Positions 1 through 9,119 of a stretch of DNA of 64,000 nucleotides are shown here, in pieces. Every line of letters begins with the position of its first letter. Position 1 is the first letter of the stretch. The position numbers and the translations under genes were made by a program. Under the pieces are notes generated by a model that ran no database searches, had not been told where the DNA came from, and saw nothing but the letters and a program-made list of their open reading frames with translations. The DNA is from a virus. Lineage: Duplodnaviria; Caudoviricetes. The stretch is taken from positions 32,001 to 96,000 of IMG/VR virus record IMGVR_UViG_3300021387_000106; one strand, given 5' to 3'.

Positions 1-130
1 TAACTCGAAAAATGCGCATAATTTCGGGCTGATTTTGTGCGTTTTACATATTTCGTGGCACATTTTATACATATTTCGGAACGTTTTTTCAAAGAATCGG
101 AACAAAAACGGTACATTTTGGAACAAAAAG

Positions 131-163
131 AAAGAGTGGGCGATTTCTCAAACCCACTCTTTT
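131..163. terminator. Intrinsic terminator hairpin, probably bidirectional
   Basis: AAAGAGTGGG-N12-CCCACTCTTT inverted repeat flanked by A and T runs. Confidence 0.65.
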
Positions 164-368
164 TCATTCGCAGAGCGTGAGAGTCACCATGAAAATCGCG
201 CTCCGAAAGTCAGTGTGACTACACATGACAGATTTTTTCAGACTTCGTATTCCTACGGTTGCTGAGCTGATTAGTGGAGAGGATTACGGCTTTCCGTGCC
301 GCCTCGTCCAGTAGTTCAGGTATATGCCTATGACAATCAATAGCCCAAAGAACACATAATTCATGCCG

Positions 369-376
369 CAAAGATA
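369..376 (-). promoter_or_regulatory. Bacteroidota sigma-A -7 box (TATCTTTG)
   Basis: Matches TAnnTTTG followed by C; divergent from the box at 495. Confidence 0.55.
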
Positions 377-494
377 CGATAAACTTTCCGATAAAACACT
401 ACTTTTTCCGATAAACTTTCCGATTTGAGACTAAAATCTACAATTTTTCGCTAAAATTATATAGTGGAAAATACAACTTTTCTCGAAAATTATA

Positions 495-502
495 TATCTT
501 TG
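495..502 (+). promoter_or_regulatory. Bacteroidota sigma-A -7 box (TATCTTTG)
   Basis: TATCTTTGCA; followed by about 70 nt without an ORF and then a terminator. Confidence 0.6.
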
Positions 503-505
503 CAC

Positions 506-580
506 CAGAATATTTTCATAGTATTAGATTTAAGGTTAACAAAAGATTATTTTTAAGGACTCGGCGGAGTCCTTTTTTTT
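506..580 (+). ncRNA. Candidate small RNA
   Basis: Lies between the promoter at 495 and the AAGGACTC-GGCG-GAGTCCTT-T-run terminator; body is antisense to a translation-start-like sequence. Confidence 0.4.
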
Positions 581-926
581 ATTCCTTGAAATTAACGCTC
601 AACTCTTTGCCAGTAAGCATGAAGATGACATTCTGAAAGTCATGCAGATAGCGGACAACGAATTTGTTATCAATAATCACCTTGAATTTATGGAACAGTT
701 CATCTTGTTCAATGGTCTCTATACTGCCAATTATTTCAACTGGCAACGATACGGACTTCATTACCTCAGATGACAACTCTACTGGCTCGACGTCATGGCT
801 CCTGGCATAACGTTCACCATAGGCATGAGGCGCAAAGCCAATCTTATGCTGAGTAATGCCATTAACCTTCACAATCTCACCATCCACCATAACGTAGTTA
901 CCTAAACGCAATTCTCTTGTATTCAT
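579..926 (-). CDS. Hypothetical phage protein, paralog of 7533..7985 and 7982..8380
   Basis: Shared motifs EL(R/M)(L/I)G(N/D)xV, EP(V/I)xL and H(D/E/Q)(F/L)Q. Confidence 0.75.
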   Translation of the reverse strand: MNTRELRLGNYVMVDGEIVKVNGITQHKIGFAPHAYGERYARSHDVEPVELSSEVMKSVSLPVEIIGSIETIEQDELFHKFKVIIDNKFVVRYLHDFQNVIFMLTGKELSVNFKE

Positions 927-1357
927 ACGCTGCCCTCCAATTCAGGAATAACACCTTCCCAATCCCAAATGCCAAGCTGACCTTTGACATTCACGATTGG
1001 CTTCTTAAACCATATCTGATTCTCACAGACCCAATGCCACATTCCTTTCTCAGCCCATTCGGACGGATGCTCATTCTCGCAATCAACGAGCTTCACACAA
1101 CCGACAATGGCAGAATAGTTCAAATCGGGCTGCATATCGCACAAATCGGCTTCTGCAAGGATTTTCTGATAGATGCCAGTAAACACTCCGCGAGTCTGAT
1201 TGCGAAGATATGGAACAATATCATGCACCTTCGCACTGGCATGGATCAATAACAGCCCACGATAATTCGTGCGCCTGCTTCGATTCTCTACGTCCTTATA
1301 CCCTTTTACTATCAGATTGGCATAGGGTTGTCTTACGGATAATACTTTGTACTTCAT
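923..1357 (-). CDS. ASCH domain protein
   Basis: LSVRQPYANLIVKGYKDVENRSRRTNYRGLLLIHAS and a C-terminal KGQLGIW. Confidence 0.9.
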   Translation of the reverse strand: MKYKVLSVRQPYANLIVKGYKDVENRSRRTNYRGLLLIHASAKVHDIVPYLRNQTRGVFTGIYQKILAEADLCDMQPDLNYSAIVGCVKLVDCENEHPSEWAEKGMWHWVCENQIWFKKPIVNVKGQLGIWDWEGVIPELEGSV

Positions 1358-1620
1358 ATCTTATATTTTAATAATTCTCTTGTCATCCTTTTCACCTCCT
1401 TTAGGTCAAATATTCTTCGAACCTTACCAAGTTTCGGCAGATGCCTTACCTCGTCAGTCATATATCCCTGAATGAATCTCCCGTCATCGAATTTCACTTT
1501 TAGGTTAAATTCATTGTGAATGTCGAATCCGCAGACCTGACCTATTTCGCGATAATGGCTGTTATGAACACGTATCACAACAAGATCGCCAATCTTATAT
1601 TCATCCTTTGCTTTTTTCAT
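1354..1620 (-). CDS. Hypothetical protein (SH3-like)
   Basis: Overlaps its neighbours as in an operon; YKIGDLVVI motif. Confidence 0.65.
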   Translation of the reverse strand: MKKAKDEYKIGDLVVIRVHNSHYREIGQVCGFDIHNEFNLKVKFDDGRFIQGYMTDEVRHLPKLGKVRRIFDLKEVKRMTRELLKYKI

Positions 1621-1621
1621 A

Positions 1622-1957
1622 TTATAAGTTTTCTTTCTTTTCCAATCCCAATCGGAAACTTAGAATTTCAGTTATGTCATCAAAGTCTTTTATATAACCT
1701 TCATAAGCAGTTTCCCATTCATATACAGACATCAAAAAAACTTCAATTTTAATTTGTTGCCCCTGCTGATTTGGTATAAATACCCAAACACGGAACTTTC
1801 CACTCCAAAAACTATCTCCAAAAGGTTTAGTTAAGCTCTGAAAATCTTCTGTTTCCCATACACCTATATTTGCACCATGTCCTTTGTACTCAAATTCAGG
1901 GAAATTTGATTTGAGTATGTTTGCGACATTATTTCTGATTGTTTCGTATTTCGTCAT
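1622..1957 (-). CDS. Hypothetical protein
   Basis: Tightly packed in the minus-strand operon. Confidence 0.65.
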   Translation of the reverse strand: MTKYETIRNNVANILKSNFPEFEYKGHGANIGVWETEDFQSLTKPFGDSFWSGKFRVWVFIPNQQGQQIKIEVFLMSVYEWETAYEGYIKDFDDITEILSFRLGLEKKENL

Positions 1958-1958
1958 A

Positions 1959-2258
1959 TCAATCTTTTGGTATTAATTCATTCGCCATTTTCATTTTCTC
2001 TTCATGTGAGAGCGTACTCCAACAACTTTTGCAAAAAACATATTCGCCACCAATATCACCGCCATAGTTGCTTCTTTTATTCAACGAAGGTGGCTGTACT
2101 GGTGTGTGGCACTTATGACAACGGCAGGAACAACTCTCGATGAACTTTGCAAACTCGATGGCAGCAAGCCAGCCGCTTACGAAAGTGGAATTTGCGCCCA
2201 AATGAGCGTTTATTCTCGCTTTTTCGAGTTCTTCAAAAGACAAATCGGCAATTTTCAT
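1959..2258 (-). CDS. Hypothetical Zn-finger protein
   Basis: CHKC...CKSC; first gene of the operon with an AT-rich upstream region. Confidence 0.65.
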   Translation of the reverse strand: MKIADLSFEELEKARINAHLGANSTFVSGWLAAIEFAKFIESCSCRCHKCHTPVQPPSLNKRSNYGGDIGGEYVFCKSCWSTLSHEEKMKMANELIPKD

Positions 2259-2607
2259 ATTTTGTTATTAAAATTTTGATTCAAAGCCTTTAATACTATA
2301 ATTATTAATTAAAAATTTATTTAATAGGCTACAAGGAGAGGTGCGAAGAAGAGAGGGTTTGCCCTTACCCGAAAGATTAAAAAAATCAATCGGCTCCCTT
2401 CTCGAAAATTCAGGCTGACAATCGTCGGCGCATCGTTTCGGCAGTTAAGAGGATTAATCTCCCACTTGCTGACTGGTTTTTCGGAATTATCTCCGCCGTA
2501 CTCGCATCCAGTCTCAGGTTTTGCGATTTCCCATGTACTTTCCCGCGCAGGATAAAATGTGAGTTGCGGTGTTTCGTTGCCGTCTCTGCTCACAAGTTGG
2601 GGTGGCT

Positions 2608-2726
2608 AAAAAAAGCGAAACCCCGCAAAAGGTAGAGAGTCATTTGCAGGGTTTCTATATCATGTGCCGAAGCCTTGATATTCAATGATGTCTGCATCGT
2701 CTCTACTCGATTGCAATGCAAAAGTA
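2608..2726 (-). promoter_or_regulatory. Promoter plus attenuator-like leader
   Basis: TACTTTTG box at 2726-2719; stem 2617-2629/2643-2655 with a U7 tail; loop complementary to 2700-2706. Confidence 0.5.
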
Positions 2727-2874
2727 CGAGTTATTTACGAGCCTTATAGTATGTAAACTCTCAAATCTCGTCATTTGAGTCTTTATGCCAGACTTTCATG
2801 ATTGCGTCGCAAAAGTAAGAAATAATTCGGTCCCTTCCAAATGCGAAAAAAATGTACTTTAACAAATATGTATA

Positions 2875-2998
2875 TATAACGTCATATAACGTCATATACG
2901 CCATATAACATTTAACTTTCGTAAGATAGTTTATTGTTTCAATGGTGTTTATGTTAATGTGAGTTAAAGTTTCGTCATATAACGTCATATAACGTCAT
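2875..2998. repeat. Two clusters of 10-bp tandem repeats (ATAACGTCAT)
   Basis: tataacgtcatataacgtcatatacgccatataac at about 2875-2909 and cgtcatataacgtcatataacgtcat at about 2973-2998, between divergent promoters. Confidence 0.8.
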
Positions 2999-3035
2999 GT
3001 ATGTATTTATATGATTTTTCCTTTACAAAACAAGA

Positions 3036-3067
3036 TTTGGAAGTTTGAAATTAAGCTCGTATATTTG
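3036..3067 (+). promoter_or_regulatory. Bacteroidota sigma-A promoter
   Basis: TTTG-N20-TATATTTG upstream of the plus-strand gene block. Confidence 0.65.
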
Positions 3068-3197
3068 CAGCCGAAAGTCCGATTGGTGGTACTCTCGGAG
3101 AATTAAGTAGAAATATTGAGGGAATTGAACTGGAAGGGATAGAGTACCACAAAATTATCTCCGAAGGTTCTTTTTCCTCATTTTATTAATTAAGGGT

Positions 3198-4001
3198 ATG
3201 GATAAAAAGACTATTACCAAGTTTAAGAGTTTCCTCAACAGCAGAGGTGCAGGAACAATGTATTTCGGATTCTACAAGGAATACCGACATAGTGACAACC
3301 AAGAGGACGTTGAAGATTTCCTCGCTATCGTTCCTGCGAAGTTCGCAATCTCATGGGCATTTGATTACGAGAAGATAGGAAACAAGATGTTCGGTGCAAA
3401 GTACTGGAATGACCTCGATGCGAAATGGAAACTCGCACTCGATGACAAGAGAAAGACATTTACCGTTCCTGGTATCGACAAGGCAGAGCGTGAGATTAAG
3501 CGTGAGGAAAGAGAGAATAAGGCAGTAGTCAATAACACCAAGCCAGCACCTACCAAAGTCGTAGAAAACGATTGGTCGGGCATGATGGACTTGGTGGAAG
3601 TAAAGACAACCATAACTAAAAAAAGAGCATGGCAGCAGCCTGACGAAAACGAGATAAGGCTGACTACCAAGAAAGGCTCTATTGTTATCATCAACTCTGA
3701 GGTATCGAAGATTTGTGATGATAACGGCTTTGATTCAATGGCACTCAATGTTGACAAGAATACTAATCGCATGGTACTGGTGTTCGGTAAGGGCTTTGAC
3801 TACAATGTTAGAGAGTATTCGGCTGACACGAAGATTGTTCAGCACAAGTCACTCGGTGAGTACATGAAGAAATATGTTGATGTAGAGTTTGACCCTAACA
3901 AGGCTTACTTCATCAAGATTGCACAGCGTATGTTCAATAAGACGCATACCCAATATGCAGTAGTTCTCTCCACTCGTTTCACCACTAAGGATAATGCGTA
4001 A
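3198..4001 (+). CDS. Hypothetical protein
   Basis: 267-aa ORF, first gene after the promoter and leader. Confidence 0.8.
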   Translation: MDKKTITKFKSFLNSRGAGTMYFGFYKEYRHSDNQEDVEDFLAIVPAKFAISWAFDYEKIGNKMFGAKYWNDLDAKWKLALDDKRKTFTVPGIDKAEREIKREERENKAVVNNTKPAPTKVVENDWSGMMDLVEVKTTITKKRAWQQPDENEIRLTTKKGSIVIINSEVSKICDDNGFDSMALNVDKNTNRMVLVFGKGFDYNVREYSADTKIVQHKSLGEYMKKYVDVEFDPNKAYFIKIAQRMFNKTHTQYAVVLSTRFTTKDNA

Positions 4002-4300
4002 TGAGAATCAAGACTTATGGAATTGAGTACGTTGTCTCTTTCAGACGTGGTACTGACACTCAGGTAACAGAGATTATTGAAGCTACTGGAGATAAGGAAG
4101 TGAAGAATCTCTTCTATGACACATTCAAGGGCAGAACGCACAATGAGAATGAGAAAGCACCATTCGTAAAGGTAATCATTCAGTGTGTGGATCGTGTGAA
4201 GAAAGAAACAAAGGTAGTGATGAAGAATCGTATCTATAATCTTTCCCCAAGAAATGCCCGGATAGAATTTGAGAACGCAATTAAATTGTTAAATAATTAA
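4001..4300 (+). CDS. Hypothetical protein
   Basis: TAATG coupling with the upstream gene. Confidence 0.7.
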   Translation: MRIKTYGIEYVVSFRRGTDTQVTEIIEATGDKEVKNLFYDTFKGRTHNENEKAPFVKVIIQCVDRVKKETKVVMKNRIYNLSPRNARIEFENAIKLLNN

Positions 4301-4312
4301 GTTAAAATTGTT

Positions 4313-4549
4313 ATGAATAACGAAGAAGTGACTAAAAAGGTTTGCAATATTGTAGCAGACCAGATGTGTGAAGAAACAAGCAAGGTAAATGCCGAATCTC
4401 GTTTTAAGGAAGATTTAGGCATGGACTCTCTCGACGTAACGGAACTTGTGATGAACTGCGAACGTGAGTTCAAGGTTACTATCAATGATGAAGAATATGC
4501 AAACTTCACTACCGTTGGCGAACTCGCAAATCTGATAGCATCTAAATAA
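4313..4549 (+). CDS. acpP: Acyl carrier protein
   Basis: 78 aa, acidic; DLGMDSLDVTELVM phosphopantetheine-site motif and FTTVGE. Confidence 0.9.
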   Translation: MNNEEVTKKVCNIVADQMCEETSKVNAESRFKEDLGMDSLDVTELVMNCEREFKVTINDEEYANFTTVGELANLIASK

Positions 4550-4821
4550 TGGAAAGACTGGAGAATCTAAAGGAGCAGATGGAGAAAGACGATAATCTCG
4601 TTGTCTTTGCTCTGTTCTATGATAGGGAGAATAAGAGATTCCTCGCCCACCATCAGGGCAACGAGGCTGTTATTGAGAATATGGTGCGTCATGCTGCCAC
4701 TCACAACGGATTCTTCGCTACGATGTTCCGCAAGGTATCATACTTATTCTCTCCTAAGATTCCCCATCCCTCTGCATCAGATATGGATATTTTCAACTTC
4801 TTTAAAGGATTCCATAAGTAA
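4549..4821 (+). CDS. Hypothetical protein
   Basis: TAATG coupling with the ACP gene. Confidence 0.7.
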   Translation: MERLENLKEQMEKDDNLVVFALFYDRENKRFLAHHQGNEAVIENMVRHAATHNGFFATMFRKVSYLFSPKIPHPSASDMDIFNFFKGFHK

Positions 4822-4822
4822 T

Positions 4823-5317
4823 ATGAAACCAAACAAGAGAAACTTGGTGATGTGTCCTGATTGTGGCAGGTCGAAAATGCTCTTTGAGACAGAGCGTAAG
4901 GCTAATGACTTCATCAAATGGAATGGTGATGACATTGTGCATACAGGCACTCTCAGGTCGTACTACTGCCCCTCTTGTTGCGGATGGCATATTACTCACA
5001 TGAAACCCAGCAAGGAATACGAGAATAAGACTCAGAATCTCATTGACTCCTATCAGAGGTCTTTGAAGGTAAACCGCATGAAGAAAATAGACCATGCAAT
5101 TGCTTCAATAGATTTCGAGAAAGAGGCAAAGAAGATTTTCGATGCTATGCCTAATGACATAAAGGACTCTCAGACTAAAGGACGTATCAAAGACTATATG
5201 ACGGACTATCTGAAAAGTCATGGCATTGGTAGCCAAAGAGATTCAGGCTTGTTACGTGGTGAGGTGTATAAGGTATGGAAGAAACATTGTTTGGATAATG
5301 AAATTAAAAAGTATTGA
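4823..5317 (+). CDS. Zn-binding hypothetical protein (start moved to ATG 4823)
   Basis: CPDC and YYCPSCCGWHITH motifs; ATG directly after the upstream stop. Confidence 0.75.
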   Translation: MKPNKRNLVMCPDCGRSKMLFETERKANDFIKWNGDDIVHTGTLRSYYCPSCCGWHITHMKPSKEYENKTQNLIDSYQRSLKVNRMKKIDHAIASIDFEKEAKKIFDAMPNDIKDSQTKGRIKDYMTDYLKSHGIGSQRDSGLLRGEVYKVWKKHCLDNEIKKY

Positions 5318-5589
5318 CTATGTTTTTGGACGATGAATTAGAACAGATATACAAGGAGAAAGGTGTAACAACCGAATCCTCGAAAGAATTGTTGCAGACG
5401 TGTTTAAAGCGTTTGCCGAATCCTGAGAAATGTTCAAATATGACATTCTTGAATACTCTGAGGCAAATCGAAGCAAGTTGGAAACTCTTTTGCTCTCGAC
5501 ATAAAGAATACAATCCTAATGGAATCCGTGATTTTATTATGGGTCGTATGCAGTTATCGAAGAAAATATTAGAAGTGTTACACTGGTAA
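5314..5589 (+). CDS. Hypothetical protein
   Basis: Packed in the operon. Confidence 0.65.
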   Translation: MTMFLDDELEQIYKEKGVTTESSKELLQTCLKRLPNPEKCSNMTFLNTLRQIEASWKLFCSRHKEYNPNGIRDFIMGRMQLSKKILEVLHW

Positions 5590-5591
5590 TT

Positions 5592-6428
5592 ATGGGATTA
5601 GTCATCAAGTCACCAAAGAAAGCGGCAGGAGAATATGCGAAGCACTCTGTAAGCATATATCGCAGATGCCCCAACCAGTGCCGATACTGCTTCCTTGACA
5701 AAGGAATCGGTAAAGGCACGTTAGGCTCTGGTAAGCCAGAGTTGCGCACTTGCTTCTATAATGTCGATGACGCAGTACAGAAGTTTGAGCGCGAACTGGT
5801 TAGGAATCGTGAGCAACTTATTGCGGACGGAGGCATATTCTTCTGCTTCATTACTGACCCCTGCCTACCCGACACCATTGAGGCAACAAAACGTTGTGCT
5901 GTTATTGCCATGAACGAAGGTGTGCCAGTCACTATCCTAACGAAGATGGCTGATTGGGTATATGAGCAGGAATATGTGGAATCCATTCTTGATACTGGCA
6001 AAGAGACTGGCTTGCTTTGCGTAGGCTTTTCACTTACTGGTCGTGATGATATGGAGCCAAACGCTTCAACAAATATTGACCGCCAAGCGGCAATGCACCT
6101 GATTCACGATATGGGTATCAAGACATTCGCCTCCATTGAGCCTATCATACAGTTCAATAAGTCTCTCGCTATGATCCGTGAGACGTTGGGCTATTGTGAC
6201 CTCTATAAGATTGGCTTGATGTCAAAATGCGGCAAAAGCTATTATGAAGTCGATGACTGCATAAAGTTCATTGAGAACGTGAATAAACTGATATGGAACG
6301 ACCAAAATTGCGCCAAGGTGTACTGGAAGGAAAGTATCAGAAAGTTCACGGACAATTATCTGAGCTTGGGCTTGCAGCCTATTTGTGTTGGCAGTGACTA
6401 CAATATCTTTGAAAGCGACTATCTATGA
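5592..6428 (+). CDS. Radical SAM protein (SplB-like phage family)
   Basis: CPNQCRYC (CX3CX2C); TDP, ILTK and ASIEP motifs. Confidence 0.85.
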   Translation: MGLVIKSPKKAAGEYAKHSVSIYRRCPNQCRYCFLDKGIGKGTLGSGKPELRTCFYNVDDAVQKFERELVRNREQLIADGGIFFCFITDPCLPDTIEATKRCAVIAMNEGVPVTILTKMADWVYEQEYVESILDTGKETGLLCVGFSLTGRDDMEPNASTNIDRQAAMHLIHDMGIKTFASIEPIIQFNKSLAMIRETLGYCDLYKIGLMSKCGKSYYEVDDCIKFIENVNKLIWNDQNCAKVYWKESIRKFTDNYLSLGLQPICVGSDYNIFESDYL

Positions 6429-6919
6429 AGCATTACGTTCATATTGCGTTTGAAATGCCATTCCCTGATGGTTCAAAGTCAAAAGGAGATACATTGATAA
6501 TCCTTAAAGACCTTCCTATCTGCAAACTAAGAGAAATGTTGAAGTTTGAAATGGAAAGAGTAAAAGGAATGGAAACGGAATCAAATCCAGTTATTACGAG
6601 TTTGAATGAAATATCAGAAGACTTGTATAATCAACTTATGGAGATTAAGGGCGAATCGAATGTGGATGTCCAGGAATGTGATGAATCTGTAATTCGTGAG
6701 TTGAATCGACGTAAATCTCATATAGTCAAAGACGCTGCAACCGAACATGAAAACAAGGGCGGTGGTCGTTCTTCTTTTAGTTTTGTTTGTGGTGCTGAGT
6801 GGGCTTTCAATAAAATCAAAGAAGAGATTGAATTTTCTATCAGAAACGGACTCAAAGCCCAACTGAAATACCTCAAAACATTCGTTGAAAACAGATTGGA
6901 CGAAATAAAAAGATTATGA
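6425..6919 (+). CDS. Hypothetical protein
   Basis: ATGA overlap; phage-type FxxGAEWA motif. Confidence 0.7.
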   Translation: MKHYVHIAFEMPFPDGSKSKGDTLIILKDLPICKLREMLKFEMERVKGMETESNPVITSLNEISEDLYNQLMEIKGESNVDVQECDESVIRELNRRKSHIVKDAATEHENKGGGRSSFSFVCGAEWAFNKIKEEIEFSIRNGLKAQLKYLKTFVENRLDEIKRL

Positions 6920-7362
6920 TTTCTAAGGAAGAATTTGATAGGATTGATGAAGAGTATGCAAAGCATCATCAGAAAGCGTTCGATGAAGCGTTTGCCTTTC
7001 CAAAGACTTACGTTTCTGCTGATGTCGTGTCTTGCTATTCTCCATTTCCTGTTCGTCAGAATGGCGACTTAAAGCCACTAAGACACAAATTCTTCCTCTC
7101 AGACGCACAGAAGAAAGAGTTAGAAGAAATGATGAAACCATTCAATGAAAGAATTGAAAATCATTTAATCCTCTCGACGGATAATCCCGACCCGAATTCA
7201 TGGCTAAGGAACTTTATACAAGACGATATGAAACCAGAAACAAAAGATAAGATACTCTTCAAGTTCGGTGAGTTCGTTGGTACTCTCTCGAAAGAAGAAA
7301 AACTCTCGTACAATCATATTATTGGTGTGTTACTCGACTTTATTGAACAAAACCCAAAGTAA
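6916..7362 (+). CDS. Hypothetical protein
   Basis: ATGA overlap. Confidence 0.7.
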   Translation: MISKEEFDRIDEEYAKHHQKAFDEAFAFPKTYVSADVVSCYSPFPVRQNGDLKPLRHKFFLSDAQKKELEEMMKPFNERIENHLILSTDNPDPNSWLRNFIQDDMKPETKDKILFKFGEFVGTLSKEEKLSYNHIIGVLLDFIEQNPK

Positions 7363-7529
7363 TGAAGACTGACTTATATATTGGCAAGCATCTCAGCCTC
7401 CACTTCACAATAATGTGCAATGGTTGGGAGTTTCACGTCATGCCATTCTTCGATGTAATGCAAGACAGAATCCTTTGCGGTTGGCTCTGCTTCACAGCTC
7501 AGTATAGTTATAAAAGAAATATGGAATAA
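7362..7529 (+). CDS. Small hypothetical protein (55 aa, absent from the ORF track)
   Basis: TAATG-coupled ORF MKTDLYIGKHLS... that fills the gap between genes. Confidence 0.5.
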   Translation: MKTDLYIGKHLSLHFTIMCNGWEFHVMPFFDVMQDRILCGWLCFTAQYSYKRNME

Positions 7530-7532
7530 GGT

Positions 7533-7985
7533 ATGAAAGCAACGGAATTAATGATTGGTGATTTGGTGCGTATCACAGAACCAGATAGATACGCTGGCGC
7601 ACCTTGCATAATAAGGTCTTTGATGTACCACCAAGAAGATGATGGTGCATATTTCCATGTATTCATAAACGGAGGTGCAAAATTTGGCTTCACATCAAAA
7701 GAAGTGTTCAGTGAAGACTTAGAACCGATAGCATTAAGCCGATTGCACCTTATTAAGAACGGATTCAAGGCGATTGATGTTGAAGATACGATTTTCGTGT
7801 ATAAGGACAACTCTTGCACGATTAAGGCTATCTTCAAAATTGGTGTTCCTGAAATGTTAGTTTCGTCTTCTATTATGTTGCAAATCGAAGGAGCTGATTT
7901 CGACTTGTGCAAAGGAATCGAATCGGTTCACGAACTGCAACACATACTCAGGTTATTCGATATTGAAAAAGAGATAGTATTATGA
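7533..7985 (+). CDS. Hypothetical phage protein (paralog family)
   Basis: MKATELMIGDLV...LEPI...VHELQH. Confidence 0.8.
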   Translation: MKATELMIGDLVRITEPDRYAGAPCIIRSLMYHQEDDGAYFHVFINGGAKFGFTSKEVFSEDLEPIALSRLHLIKNGFKAIDVEDTIFVYKDNSCTIKAIFKIGVPEMLVSSSIMLQIEGADFDLCKGIESVHELQHILRLFDIEKEIVL

Positions 7986-8380
7986 AAGCAACAGAAGTTA
8001 TGATAGGTGACATAGTAACTTACGAATGTCGCCTTGCGAAAGTGATAAACATTGCCAACCGCAACTACAAGGAAGCACCAACCAATATTAGCATACAAGA
8101 CTATAACGGCAACGTGCAGCACCCTTGTTGGGATGAACTGGTTGAGCCAGTACCTATCACTGAAAGTTTCCTCAAAAAGAACTTTGAGAAAAAGACATTT
8201 TACGGAATTTATGATGACTACTTTGATTTCAGCATCCATGCGTTTAACGATGGAATGTATATCGTTAATTACCATTGCTGTGAAATGAATTTGCCTGACG
8301 AATCTATAATGGTATGCTTTATTCATCAGTTGCAACATTTTATGAATCATTGTGGAATTAACAAAGAACTTGTAGTATGA
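7982..8380 (+). CDS. Hypothetical phage protein (paralog family)
   Basis: MKATEVMIGDIV...VEPV...IHQLQH. Confidence 0.8.
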   Translation: MKATEVMIGDIVTYECRLAKVINIANRNYKEAPTNISIQDYNGNVQHPCWDELVEPVPITESFLKKNFEKKTFYGIYDDYFDFSIHAFNDGMYIVNYHCCEMNLPDESIMVCFIHQLQHFMNHCGINKELVV

Positions 8381-8787
8381 GAGAAATAAAGTTCAGAGCA
8401 ATTAGCGAGTGTAGAGGCGAAGGTTGGGTTTACGGCGACCTTCGCCACTATGCCCGCAATCCACATACAGAGAAATGGACTATCTACGACCCCGCAACTG
8501 GAATAGAAACGGATATAGTAGAAGATACCATAGGACAGAAGGTTTGGCATCCAAGAAATTGCGCTGAACTTTACGAGGGTGATATTATCGGATTCGATGA
8601 TTGGGCTTTCACATCAAGAGAGCGAAAGAAAATGCGTCATCATGTAGGCGTTATCGAATGGAACCAGGAATACGGACATTACCACGTTCGCTGTGAAGAT
8701 GGTATCTATGTAGGCAACGACATTGCTGACCCACAACTATTAGGCAACATCTATGACAACCCAGAACTCATTGAAGCACGGCACTAA
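8377..8787 (+). CDS. YopX family protein
   Basis: MREIKFRA...WVYGDL...TIGQ...YEGDII...GNIYDNPEL. Confidence 0.9.
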   Translation: MREIKFRAISECRGEGWVYGDLRHYARNPHTEKWTIYDPATGIETDIVEDTIGQKVWHPRNCAELYEGDIIGFDDWAFTSRERKKMRHHVGVIEWNQEYGHYHVRCEDGIYVGNDIADPQLLGNIYDNPELIEARH

Positions 8788-8885
8788 GGAATACTGGAGA
8801 GATTGGTACTGGAATCGTGGAGGTCGCGAGAAAGTCCAAGCCAAAAGGTATATCAGAGAATACGAGAGATTTAAAAGCAAGAGAA

Positions 8886-9119
8886 ATGGATAAGGAAAGA
8901 CCAAAGACGAAGATTCTGAAAATTAATGCTATCATACTCGATGGTGTAGTTTTTGAACTGGTTAAACCCAAAATCGAAAGTTGCAACAAGTGTGACTTAG
9001 ATGAATTCTGCAATAAATTTAAGGAGCCACTTTGCGATATGCTTGCAGGTGGCGACAAAGGATTGATATTCAAGAGAACATACACTATTGAAAAAGAACA
9101 AGATGATACCGATTCATAA
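8886..9119 (+). CDS. Hypothetical Cys-rich protein
   Basis: CNKCDL...C...C; ATG 8886 is the probable start. Confidence 0.55.
   Translation: MDKERPKTKILKINAIILDGVVFELVKPKIESCNKCDLDEFCNKFKEPLCDMLAGGDKGLIFKRTYTIEKEQDDTDS

Noticed and set aside
2415-2520. Hammerhead ribozyme suggested by GAAAC...GTC on the minus strand
   Set aside because: The CUGANGA core is absent and the stems are weak
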